DNA of 64,000 bases from Candidatus Thorarchaeota archaeon. GTDB lineage: Archaea; Asgardarchaeota; Thorarchaeia; Thorarchaeales; Thorarchaeaceae. A program made the translations under genes and the position numbers. The notes beneath the pieces are model-generated. The model saw only the letters and a program-made list of their open reading frames with translations. It made no database searches and was not told the DNA's origin. The stretch covers positions 39,745 to 103,744 of the forward strand of contig JBHLRS010000010.1 in the NCBI GenBank assembly GCA_048882325.1. The letters run 5' to 3'. Position 1 is the first letter of the stretch; each line of letters begins with the position of its first letter. Positions 47,912-56,704 of this stretch are shown piece by piece.

Positions 47912-48742
47912 TTAGAGGATAGTGTCGCATCCTGGCATACCTACAACATCACTTCTGCATTGTTTACAATGTGAGAATTGATCGATGTATAAGGAAGCCT
48001 GTCTACGAACATGCGCTAGTTCACTGTATGTAGGAGGTCTAATCGAATGAAGTTTGTCAGATGGAACGAGTGGGACGATGTTGTGCAAAGTGACTCCCAA
48101 GTCAGCAAGTTCCTGTGCTAGGGGAATAATGTCTTGCTCGTTGAAACCGGGGATAAGGATTGAGTTTACTTTAACATTGATTCCAGCCCTTGTAGCCTTT
48201 GCAATTCCTCTTAGTTGTGATTCAACAATTCTAGAACCCATCCTAATGCCTTTAATCAACTCATTGCCAAGGATTGCCCACTCGTAGATCTTAGAAGCAG
48301 TCGAACAGTCGGAGGTGCTCATGGAGACAGTTATGGTTTCTACATGTTTTTCCGACAACCATGCAACATAATTCTCAAGCAAGGTCCCGTTTGTGCTAAC
48401 ACAAATTGATGCATTTCGAAATTCTTCTCGCACCTTCTCAATAGTTTCGAATGTTTCAGGATTTGCAAGCGGCTCACCAGGACCTGATATTCCAATAATC
48501 CTGAGGTTAGGATTCTTTTCCATCTCACCCCTAGTTCGTGCCAAAGCTGTTCCCGGTTTCATTACTTGTGATGCGTATCCTGGTTTTGAAGTGTGACATG
48601 AGGAACCTCTGCTATGAGAACAGAATGCGCATTTTACATTACATATTGGAGCAACAGGCAAGTGAATTCTATGCCATAGTGAATCACGTACTTTGGAGAA
48701 ACAGGGATGGTGGATGAAAGGATATCCAGTAGCAGTTACCAT
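47912..48742 (-). CDS. NifB-like radical SAM protein
   Basis: HPCF, RIHLPVAPICNVKCAFC, GPGEPL, STNG, CKQCRSDVVG. Confidence 0.85.
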   Translation of the reverse strand: MVTATGYPFIHHPCFSKVRDSLWHRIHLPVAPICNVKCAFCSHSRGSSCHTSKPGYASQVMKPGTALARTRGEMEKNPNLRIIGISGPGEPLANPETFETIEKVREEFRNASICVSTNGTLLENYVAWLSEKHVETITVSMSTSDCSTASKIYEWAILGNELIKGIRMGSRIVESQLRGIAKATRAGINVKVNSILIPGFNEQDIIPLAQELADLGVTLHNIVPLVPSDKLHSIRPPTYSELAHVRRQASLYIDQFSHCKQCRSDVVGMPGCDTIL

Positions 48743-48747
48743 TTTCT

Positions 48748-49140
48748 TCAGAGTGCCTGATAGAGTACTTTTCGAGCCTCTCTAGCTGTTGCCTTTGCAT
48801 CGCTAAAGACGAGTCCAAGTTTTGCATTATCCGGTGCTGTAACAGTAAGAAGATAGTCTGCTGAAATTGAAATTACTAAGGTTGTTCCCATATCTCCTTG
48901 GATAATTATCGATTTGAGTTCCCCTTGACGTAGTTCTTTCACTGTTTGATCCCCGGCAGCATGAATTGCAGCGACAATAGCAGCGATTGAAGCTTCTTCG
49001 GTTCCGCCATGAAATCTACTCACAAATGGTAATCCCTCGATGGAAAATACAGCGGCTCCGAGTATTGGCGATTTGTTCATGAGATCTTTCAGTAGGTCAC
49101 TGAGACGTTCCTGAAGCTTCACAACCTTCTGGTCTTCCAA
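48748..49140 (-). CDS. Roadblock/LC7 (MglB/LAMTOR-like) domain protein
   Basis: GAAVFSIEGLP, IAAIVAA, ELKSIIIQGDMG, AKLGLVF. Confidence 0.88.
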   Translation of the reverse strand: MEDQKVVKLQERLSDLLKDLMNKSPILGAAVFSIEGLPFVSRFHGGTEEASIAAIVAAIHAAGDQTVKELRQGELKSIIIQGDMGTTLVISISADYLLTVTAPDNAKLGLVFSDAKATAREARKVLYQAL

Positions 49141-49257
49141 GATTTACGCTCCTTTTAATGGAATACAACCCTGTTCGCCACAGGGCGCAGTTGGGATTCA
49201 CGTAAGATATTGATAAAGCTTGGGAGCATTAGCGATTTTCACCGTTCCGTTTGATTT

Positions 49258-50259
49258 TCACTCAATCAGACGGACAGATGTTACTTTATCACTATGAAGG
49301 GATTCAGTTGGCAGCTTCATTACTCTTAGGACATGCTCTGCCGCATCCTCCAAACCAGCCTGCTTTAATAGATCTATGAACTCAAAGCCAGTTGTGATGA
49401 TTAGCCCCTTGACAGGTTTTCCTGCTTTCATAGATTCCAAGAGTTCATGTACTGTCCAGAGTCTGCATTTCATGTCAAGTCCTTTTTGCTTCTCCAGATG
49501 TGAGATCCCCTTCCTAGCAATTCCTCGATTCTCTTTCTGTTCATTTGTATAAGCTCTCCGTCTATAAATGCGTTTCAGTCTTGCAAGTCCTCTCTCTATA
49601 ACTTCCTTCGAGTGGATTGTCTTTTCATACAAGTCCTTGACACTCTTGGTTGAACTAGTAACTAGCCATGCAGTTCCATATGCGGCTTGATATCTCATAC
49701 CTTTCAATACTTCAGATTCGCTAAGGAGTGTAATGGACCTGTAACCTTTGTATTCTACGGAGATTAGCCAATCTGGATCTTGATGCTCAACCATGAGGTC
49801 TGGTGTTAGCCCCTCCCCTGTTGAGGGAACGCTAGTTGTTACATCAGGAAAGAGCTTCATAATTAATGCATGAAACGCTTCATGGAATAAATTGTGTCTT
49901 AGATTTCTTGCCTCTTGAGGGTGCCTCAAACCAGCATCCCGATAGAGAACAGGCATCTCCGCTTTTTGACCAGTCTTCGCCTTGACTTCGCTCTTGGTTG
50001 TTAATCTACCCTTCGCATGATTCTGTTTGACAAGGACAATTGCTGCTTCATGACCAATGAGGTCGAAAACGATTCTACCCAGATCTGACTCTTTGTCTTC
50101 TGGATTCTCATTGATACATCGTTTTGCTTCTGTATATGCCCAATCGATGACATTTTGAGCATCGTCACCAAGAAGTGTAGTGATTGAGTTTAGCTTGTCA
50201 CTTAACGTGTATCTTCTTACATGTTTCTTCAAGGCTGGTCCAATAGTTACTCCGGACAA
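49258..50259 (-). CDS. Putative PD-(D/E)XK restriction-like endonuclease
   Basis: TPDLMV...VEYKG motif; basic C-terminal half. Confidence 0.6.
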   Translation of the reverse strand: MSGVTIGPALKKHVRRYTLSDKLNSITTLLGDDAQNVIDWAYTEAKRCINENPEDKESDLGRIVFDLIGHEAAIVLVKQNHAKGRLTTKSEVKAKTGQKAEMPVLYRDAGLRHPQEARNLRHNLFHEAFHALIMKLFPDVTTSVPSTGEGLTPDLMVEHQDPDWLISVEYKGYRSITLLSESEVLKGMRYQAAYGTAWLVTSSTKSVKDLYEKTIHSKEVIERGLARLKRIYRRRAYTNEQKENRGIARKGISHLEKQKGLDMKCRLWTVHELLESMKAGKPVKGLIITTGFEFIDLLKQAGLEDAAEHVLRVMKLPTESLHSDKVTSVRLIE

Positions 50260-50274
50260 ACGGTATCTCTCTCA

Positions 50275-50904
50275 TTATGATCTTCTTAGAATGTCTTTTG
50301 TGAGCTCTACTTCTTGGGTGTCTTCGTCATATGACACAAGATCTGCTGCCACTAGGTCATGAACAGATTTGAGAACCGCTGCTGGTTGGATTCCAGTGCT
50401 TGAAACTATGTTCTTTCTGGTGATAGCTGTCTTCACATCGTGCAGAGTGTAGAGTATTCTTGCATGAGGCTTACCATAGAAGACAGTTTCTATCAGCGTG
50501 ATGTAGATGGCTAGAAGATCACTTACATCAACCTTTTCTTGAAGAGCTTCTTTCTCAGCTGACGCCTCTCGGTATAGCTCAGAAACTCGACCGAGCTGTT
50601 CATTGATCTCATCCATCTCTCTTCTTAATTCATCACGTTCTCTCTGAAGCGCTTCTTGTGCTTCGCTCTTACCTGCTTCAGCTTCAGCAGCTTTCTCAGA
50701 TAGGGCGGATATCTCCTCCTTAGTTGTTGCTAAATCAGACTCAGCCTTTTCCTTCGCGGCTTTTGCGCGTTCTAGCTCAGTTCTGAGTTCTTCCGCTTCA
50801 CTGTTGAGACTTTCTCGTTCATCCATTAATTTCACAATCGAGTTCTGGAACTCGTCTAGTAATTCAAGCATCTTCTCTCTGTCGGTCATTGAAACACTCC
50901 TCAC
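50275..50904 (-). CDS. Coiled-coil protein with C-terminal winged helix
   Basis: Heptad region followed by ARILYTL...ITRKNIVSSTGIQPAAV...LVSYD wHTH. Confidence 0.75.
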   Translation of the reverse strand: MRSVSMTDREKMLELLDEFQNSIVKLMDERESLNSEAEELRTELERAKAAKEKAESDLATTKEEISALSEKAAEAEAGKSEAQEALQRERDELRREMDEINEQLGRVSELYREASAEKEALQEKVDVSDLLAIYITLIETVFYGKPHARILYTLHDVKTAITRKNIVSSTGIQPAAVLKSVHDLVAADLVSYDEDTQEVELTKDILRRS

Positions 50905-50925
50905 TGTGGGTGATTGTAAGTTGCT

Positions 50926-52071
50926 TTATATGAGTTTCACGTCGAAATCATTTGCCTTTGATTTCATATATTTGACATATAGTTCTCTCAACTCAGAAAG
51001 AGGATAGCCGAATGCTTTGAAAGCCTCAAGCTCTCCTTTGCGTTTCTTCTTCAACATATATTCGTTCTGTGTTTTCAGAATTGGATCTTGACATATCGCG
51101 GGGATATTTCTATTCTGCTGGGCACACTTCACGTCTGACTTTGTCATTGTTTCTAGAGAGTGTTCGATCGTTTTTAGCATCCCCCTCTTTCCCCAGAAGT
51201 CTTCGGGCGTTAGACCAACTAACTTGGCTTGTGGAGTTGCCAATCCCTGAATGTTCGAGAGTTCGATTGAGTTACTCTTGATTGTTGAGAATATCCTTAA
51301 AGACCACGGACTCATGTCCACTAGGACCAAGACTGGAACCTCATTGTCCGCTAATCGTCGTATCCATGCTCTCATGTTTCTACCTGGTTGGCCAAAGAGC
51401 GCACCTACGCCAATCCTCAGACTCTCGGGTAGACCTAACTCGATGAGGTTTCTAGCCATGGCTTCCTTTTCCACGAATAAGGCGGCATCAATATTGATGT
51501 CGTGAATAGCCACATCAAATGGTCTTGAGGAAATGAACCATCCATACTCTCCAGATGAGTTGCAATTCAACCGTTTCCCTGAAAGATCGGACAACGTAAC
51601 ATCTCCATAGAATGTGCCTTTAGGAGAACTCACCACACCAAACTCTTCTCTTGGGATTGAAGCTCCATGATGTCTGATAATCCTTTCACACAGGTTGATC
51701 AACCGATTTGTTTCAGTCTGGTTGTGAATCTTCATGACTTTTTGTACATGCTTCACCTTGTGAAGATAATAGAAGTCTCTCAAGCTCATCGAAAGTCCTT
51801 GTTCGAGATGTTCCTTAAACTGAGTGAGGCCATAAACAAGTCCTGCAATTGTCTTCGCACTTTCTACCTTTCTTCCGTCTATGAATGATGCCTTGTCGTC
51901 AACAGGTATGTATCCACTCATTTCATTGTAAAGCACATTCTTCTTTGATGAACCATAATAACCAATCTCTGGAAATTCTCCGTCTTCTAATGTGTCAGCA
52001 ATCTTTTCCAAAACTGAATCAATGAGTTTCAGAACCTCGGTAGTAGCTGAGTACTGCGAGAGATTATTCAA
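50926..52071 (-). CDS. top6A: DNA topoisomerase VI subunit A / Spo11 family (divergent)
   Basis: LRDFYY catalytic Tyr motif, VEKEA, GQP; Toprim DxD reads DMS. Confidence 0.85.
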   Translation of the reverse strand: MNNLSQYSATTEVLKLIDSVLEKIADTLEDGEFPEIGYYGSSKKNVLYNEMSGYIPVDDKASFIDGRKVESAKTIAGLVYGLTQFKEHLEQGLSMSLRDFYYLHKVKHVQKVMKIHNQTETNRLINLCERIIRHHGASIPREEFGVVSSPKGTFYGDVTLSDLSGKRLNCNSSGEYGWFISSRPFDVAIHDINIDAALFVEKEAMARNLIELGLPESLRIGVGALFGQPGRNMRAWIRRLADNEVPVLVLVDMSPWSLRIFSTIKSNSIELSNIQGLATPQAKLVGLTPEDFWGKRGMLKTIEHSLETMTKSDVKCAQQNRNIPAICQDPILKTQNEYMLKKKRKGELEAFKAFGYPLSELRELYVKYMKSKANDFDVKLI

Positions 52072-53606
52072 TCAAACTTCCCTCCACTGGATTCGAATAA
52101 CCCCTGACTCGACACAGGTTTCTTCAAGGTAGATGTGAGGATTTCAGCCATGAACATATAGTACTCTGTCAATCTATTCTCTCTTTTTCGTTGTTTCTGC
52201 ACTCTAATTTGCTTTCTTACCTTTTCACCAATCTCTCTGAGACAGTCCTTGAATCCAAGCTCAATCTCTCGCCTTACTATGTCAACATCTCCAATGTATT
52301 CCTTTCCAACTGTTTTGTATGGTATCTTGGTAGAGCAGATGTGCATGACAAACACAAGCGGGTCTTCTTGACGAAGTCCGTAATTTCTGAGGTTGAGGTC
52401 CCTCACAACCCGATAGGTTACATCTGACCGTTCATCATAAAGTAGAGGAATTCGGTTTGCAAATCTATAGACTTCGATACCTGAAGATAGACTGCCTCCG
52501 TATGCAACTCCTGTTTCAACAATAAATGGATGACCTTCATATACACTGGGAGCTCTTTGCTTAAAAACAGTAAATGCTGGCGACAACCGCTGAACTCCTG
52601 CGACCAGTACATCAGTGGTTGCGGGGGATAGTGACTTGGGAGAAGGAGGGAGAAACTTATTGTACTGTGCTAAACCAGTCATCAAAGTCACAAGATTGTG
52701 ATGTCCAAGAGTTGCTGGATCTCTCTCAGGATCGAGTCCAAAGCGACAGAGGAAATCTTCCGCGATGGTTACTCCGACCCGTTGGAACGAGTTTTTCATG
52801 AATGACTTCAAGGTTCTTGCTTTAGAAGCGCTAATCATCTTCTTGAGAAGTTCTACATCAACTCCTCGTGGATGGGGCTTCATCTCTCTTGGAGCTACAG
52901 GGAGTGAGTCAATCAAACTCTCATACTGCAAAACCTCTCCGTCTGGGGTCTCAAATAGGAGAGAGGCATATGGTACAATGATCGCAGTCTTCGCAAAGTA
53001 ATCTATGATTCTCTTCTTGCTGCGAATCCAGTCTCCTTGAAGTTTGTAGGATACCATAGTGCCGCTTTCATTCTGAGCTTTCTCAATGGTTTCCTCTACA
53101 AGGATTAGGGGCTGATTTGTTTCAATATCAAGACGCATAACAACTCGGTATCCGAGGTCATCACCCTGTCGTCCAGTCACTACTTCAATTGGCTCCTGAG
53201 TTGTAACTTGTCCATAGAGAAGAGCTAAACTTCCCCCTAGACCGAATGTGCCTCTTGTCTGTTTCAAGGTGAATTTCGTTCCAGTTAGCATTCTTCCTAT
53301 CAGAATAGGGATGTCATCCTTTCTCATTCCCTTTCCATTATCTTTCACGACTAGTTCATAGGTTTGAGGTCCAGAGCTCAGTAATTCTTGTGAATCATCT
53401 ACTCTACTTTCCTGTGTAAGAAAAACACTTACTACTGGTAGAACACGTTCCTCCTCGCACGCGTCCAGACTATTCTCCACTAACTCCCGAATGGAAACAT
53501 ACAATGATCGAGCTGGATTATCAAATCCTGCGATTGTTCGGTTTCGATAGAACCATGCAGATACCGATAGTTCAGTTATGTCGGGACTGTATCTATTACT
53601 GAGCAA
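52068..53606 (-). CDS. top6B: DNA topoisomerase VI subunit B
   Basis: ELVENSLDAC, DNGKG, RGTFGLG, KPHPRG, RFANRIPLLYD, STKIPYK..GKE. Confidence 0.95.
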   Translation of the reverse strand: MLSNRYSPDITELSVSAWFYRNRTIAGFDNPARSLYVSIRELVENSLDACEEERVLPVVSVFLTQESRVDDSQELLSSGPQTYELVVKDNGKGMRKDDIPILIGRMLTGTKFTLKQTRGTFGLGGSLALLYGQVTTQEPIEVVTGRQGDDLGYRVVMRLDIETNQPLILVEETIEKAQNESGTMVSYKLQGDWIRSKKRIIDYFAKTAIIVPYASLLFETPDGEVLQYESLIDSLPVAPREMKPHPRGVDVELLKKMISASKARTLKSFMKNSFQRVGVTIAEDFLCRFGLDPERDPATLGHHNLVTLMTGLAQYNKFLPPSPKSLSPATTDVLVAGVQRLSPAFTVFKQRAPSVYEGHPFIVETGVAYGGSLSSGIEVYRFANRIPLLYDERSDVTYRVVRDLNLRNYGLRQEDPLVFVMHICSTKIPYKTVGKEYIGDVDIVRREIELGFKDCLREIGEKVRKQIRVQKQRKRENRLTEYYMFMAEILTSTLKKPVSSQGLFESSGGKFD

Positions 53607-53680
53607 CAGGAGCGCCCCCGGATAAAGACAAGGGACTCATGTATTATCTCTCTATGAAGCGTCGTATTATACCCGCAACA

Positions 53681-54571
53681 CTATGAGGCGATACTATAGG
53701 CAATGATAGTTGGAAATGCAAAATAACCAAAGATCAGTAGAAAAAGTAGTCCTACCGTCAGAGCAACCCATACTCTATTGCTCCAGTATCTGACAGTTGC
53801 ACCATCGAATGGTTGGAGTGGGATCATATTGAAAAGGCCCAGAAACGCGTTCAGCTGAACCCCGTATCTGAGAAGGAAACCAAGTGCAAAGAGTGGGACT
53901 TTCAAGACTGCCAGTAGAATTGCTATAATGGTTAATAAGGCAGCTATTACGAAATTAGTAAGCGGTCCTGCTAGATTTGATTTTCCATTGTGTTCAACAT
54001 TGGTTGTGCCACTCGTGTAGACAACTCCAGTTCCAAAAATAGGTAGTGAGAAGAGGATGGCCATTGCTGAGAGGTAGTATCCCATTGTTGTCATTCTGAA
54101 CTCTGACCACATACCATAACTCTGTGCTACGAACTTGTGTGCTAATTCATGAGCCATGAAAGAGGCCAGAAAGATGCCTACGGTTCCTACAATGACCCAC
54201 CATAATCCTAGACTAATGAAAGTTTGCACAACTGATATCGCGTTGATGATACCAAGTGAGTTACCAAAGATGGAGATGCCCACAAGAACTACTAGGACTG
54301 AAGCAATTGCCATATGACGAATTTCTGTTGGCGAAAAACGACCCCTTTTAGATCGTCGTCGTTTCTTTACTCTTCGAGGAGTCTGAATAACATTCTCGTC
54401 ATCCTGTCCACCAAGCGAGTCTGAAACTCGCCTTTGGGCAACCTCTCGAACCTTATGCATTGCAGGACACCCATGACTCTCTGGCAGTCGATGATCTGAG
54501 CAATAGACAGTGTTGCAATATGGACATGTAAAGCCCAAATCATCAGCACCGCAAAGAGAACATCTTGTCAT
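53681..54571 (-). CDS. AN1 zinc finger fused to M50 (site-2) membrane metalloprotease
   Basis: CSLC...CPYC...CSDHRLPESHGC; HELAH, AGP, FNMIP..PFDG; start at ATG 54571. Confidence 0.88.
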   Translation of the reverse strand: MTRCSLCGADDLGFTCPYCNTVYCSDHRLPESHGCPAMHKVREVAQRRVSDSLGGQDDENVIQTPRRVKKRRRSKRGRFSPTEIRHMAIASVLVVLVGISIFGNSLGIINAISVVQTFISLGLWWVIVGTVGIFLASFMAHELAHKFVAQSYGMWSEFRMTTMGYYLSAMAILFSLPIFGTGVVYTSGTTNVEHNGKSNLAGPLTNFVIAALLTIIAILLAVLKVPLFALGFLLRYGVQLNAFLGLFNMIPLQPFDGATVRYWSNRVWVALTVGLLFLLIFGYFAFPTIIAYSIAS

Positions 54572-54715
54572 TTTTTCACACTCTGGACCTGTGAACTCAG
54601 AACTTAGCCAATATATCCGTATTCCTATTGACCTTATATTACTCGAAGACACAATGCTTAAGTGAAAGTAGGTGCGACCTGGCCACGAGCCGGGAGACAG
54701 AAGGAGCGGTACTAA

Positions 54716-56104
54716 TTGGACTATGACGTGGCTATTGTTGGTAGCGGCCCCGCTGGAATATTCTGCGCACTTGAATTGATTGAACATACGCCTGATTTTA
54801 AAATCGTGATTATTGAGAGAGGGAAGAGCATAGGAAGGCGACTTTGTCCAAACTCGACTGTTGCCGCTGGATGCAAAAAGTGCAACCCTTGCGACATCCT
54901 AGCTGGTTGGGGTGGTGCAGGTGCATTTTCAGATGGAAAACTCACCCATTCCACCCAGGTTGGAGGATGGTTGGATGAGCTCATTGGCGAAGAAAAACTC
55001 ACTGAGATGATAAAATACGTTGACTCCAAATATCTTAGCTATGGTGCACCTGAGAAGCTTTATGGTTGCAATGAGGAAGATATTGAAACCTATAGAAAAA
55101 AGGCATCACTGATTGGAATGCACCTCATACCACAGCGCGTCCGCCATATGGGTAGAGAAGGTTGCATCAATGTAATGGGTCGAATGTATGATGAGATATT
55201 GAAGCAAGCGGATGTCCGATTCAAGACCGAGGCTAAAGATATTCACGTTAATAGTAGTTCTGTGCAAGGATTGGAAACAAACGGGGGGGATAAGATCAAT
55301 GCTCGTTATGTTGTTGCAGCACCGGGTCGTGTTGGTAACGAATGGTTATCGCATCAAGCCAAACGACTTGAACTACATACAGACAACAACTACGTTGACA
55401 TCGGTGTGCGTGTAGAGATACCTGCTCCGGTGATGCAAGAGATTGCTGATACCCTGTATGAACCAAAATTAATCTATTACTCTCGCAGATTTGATGATAA
55501 GGTCAGATTGTTCTGTTTCAATCCCGGTGGAGTAGTGACAAGTGAATACTATGATGAAATTCTCACTGTTAATGGACAGTCCTTTGCCAATCGAAAGACA
55601 AACAACACAAATTTCGCAATCCTAGTTTCAACCAAGTTCACAGCACCATTCAAAGAACCAATCGCCTATGGTCAGCACATAGCACGTCTTGCAAACATGC
55701 TAGGTGATGGAGTAATAGTTCAACGCCTTGCTGATCTTAAACGTGGAAAGAGGAGCACAAAGGAAAGAATCGCAAGGAGTCCGGTTAAACCAACACTGCC
55801 GAGTGCTTGTCCCGGAGACCTCAGCTTTGCTTTACCCTATCGACACCTCAGCTCGATTCTTGAGATGCTAAGTGCCTTAGATGAACTCTGTCCCGGAGTG
55901 TCAAGTGCTGGAACACTTCTCTATGGCGTCGAAGTGAAATTCTACTCTTCACGGCTGATGCTCAGTCAACAACTTGAGACACAGATTGAGAACCTATATG
56001 CAGCTGGGGATGGTGCTGGAATAACTAGAGGTCTCATGCAAGCATCGGTATCAGGTGTGTTGGTTGCTCGGGATATTCTTAGAAAAGAAGGTTTCGTGCA
56101 TTAG
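54716..56104 (+). CDS. FAD-dependent oxidoreductase (COG2509-like)
   Basis: GSGPAG, GWGGAGAFSDGKL, GDGAGITRG. Confidence 0.9.
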   Translation: MDYDVAIVGSGPAGIFCALELIEHTPDFKIVIIERGKSIGRRLCPNSTVAAGCKKCNPCDILAGWGGAGAFSDGKLTHSTQVGGWLDELIGEEKLTEMIKYVDSKYLSYGAPEKLYGCNEEDIETYRKKASLIGMHLIPQRVRHMGREGCINVMGRMYDEILKQADVRFKTEAKDIHVNSSSVQGLETNGGDKINARYVVAAPGRVGNEWLSHQAKRLELHTDNNYVDIGVRVEIPAPVMQEIADTLYEPKLIYYSRRFDDKVRLFCFNPGGVVTSEYYDEILTVNGQSFANRKTNNTNFAILVSTKFTAPFKEPIAYGQHIARLANMLGDGVIVQRLADLKRGKRSTKERIARSPVKPTLPSACPGDLSFALPYRHLSSILEMLSALDELCPGVSSAGTLLYGVEVKFYSSRLMLSQQLETQIENLYAAGDGAGITRGLMQASVSGVLVARDILRKEGFVH

Positions 56105-56168
56105 TGAAGAGAAACAACTGTTACCACTTCCAAAGCCTTATATGCTAATATACCAAATGGTACATTAG

Positions 56169-56254
56169 GTACTGGCTGACAAGCCGTACAGAAAGGGAGC
56201 CCCACTGGTGACTCGGAGGGCGGCTGTGTCCGCCCGGGGCTTCGTAATGGAGGT
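56169..56254 (+). promoter_or_regulatory. GC-rich structured leader of the hsp20-cdc48 operon
   Basis: Three nested or adjacent stems between a TATA-like TTATAT (about 56138) and the GGAGGT SD. Confidence 0.6.
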
Positions 56255-56264
56255 AATTTTCCAG

Positions 56265-56687
56265 ATGATAGATGATGACTTTGAGTCAGTGTTCCGTAAA
56301 ATGATAGAGCAGTTTATGGAAGCCTTCGGTGGTGAAGGTAATTTTACCATAAGATCGTGGAATGACTCTTTAGTCAATGGACCACTCGAAACCAGAGTGA
56401 CTCCAAAGAGTGATGAACCACTAGTAGAGAAGATAGATCTTGGGAACAGTGTATTAATTGTTGTTGAATGGCAAGACGAAATAGAGGTGCCTGCTGTCAA
56501 AGTGTCTGGTTCAAGCATAAAGGTCCAGTACGGTACTGAAGCGAAGGAACTCATTATTGAAGTTGGTTTCAAGATTGATCTAAGCAAGTCGAATGTATCA
56601 CATCGCAACGGTGTGACTGAGATTACTGCTGTTAAGATTGAGAGTGAGAACTCAGGCAGCAGTGATGGGTATTTGAAGATTGAATAG
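56265..56687 (+). CDS. Small heat shock protein (Hsp20-like)
   Basis: EPLVEKID...VLIVVE and SHRNGVTEIT alpha-crystallin pattern; directly upstream of cdc48. Confidence 0.75.
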   Translation: MIDDDFESVFRKMIEQFMEAFGGEGNFTIRSWNDSLVNGPLETRVTPKSDEPLVEKIDLGNSVLIVVEWQDEIEVPAVKVSGSSIKVQYGTEAKELIIEVGFKIDLSKSNVSHRNGVTEITAVKIESENSGSSDGYLKIE

Positions 56688-56704
56688 AGGTAGTGTGAGA
56701 TAGA

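Noticed and set aside
47912-48742. Evidence for nitrogen fixation
   Set aside because: No nifH/D/K in the window and several NifB motifs are altered.
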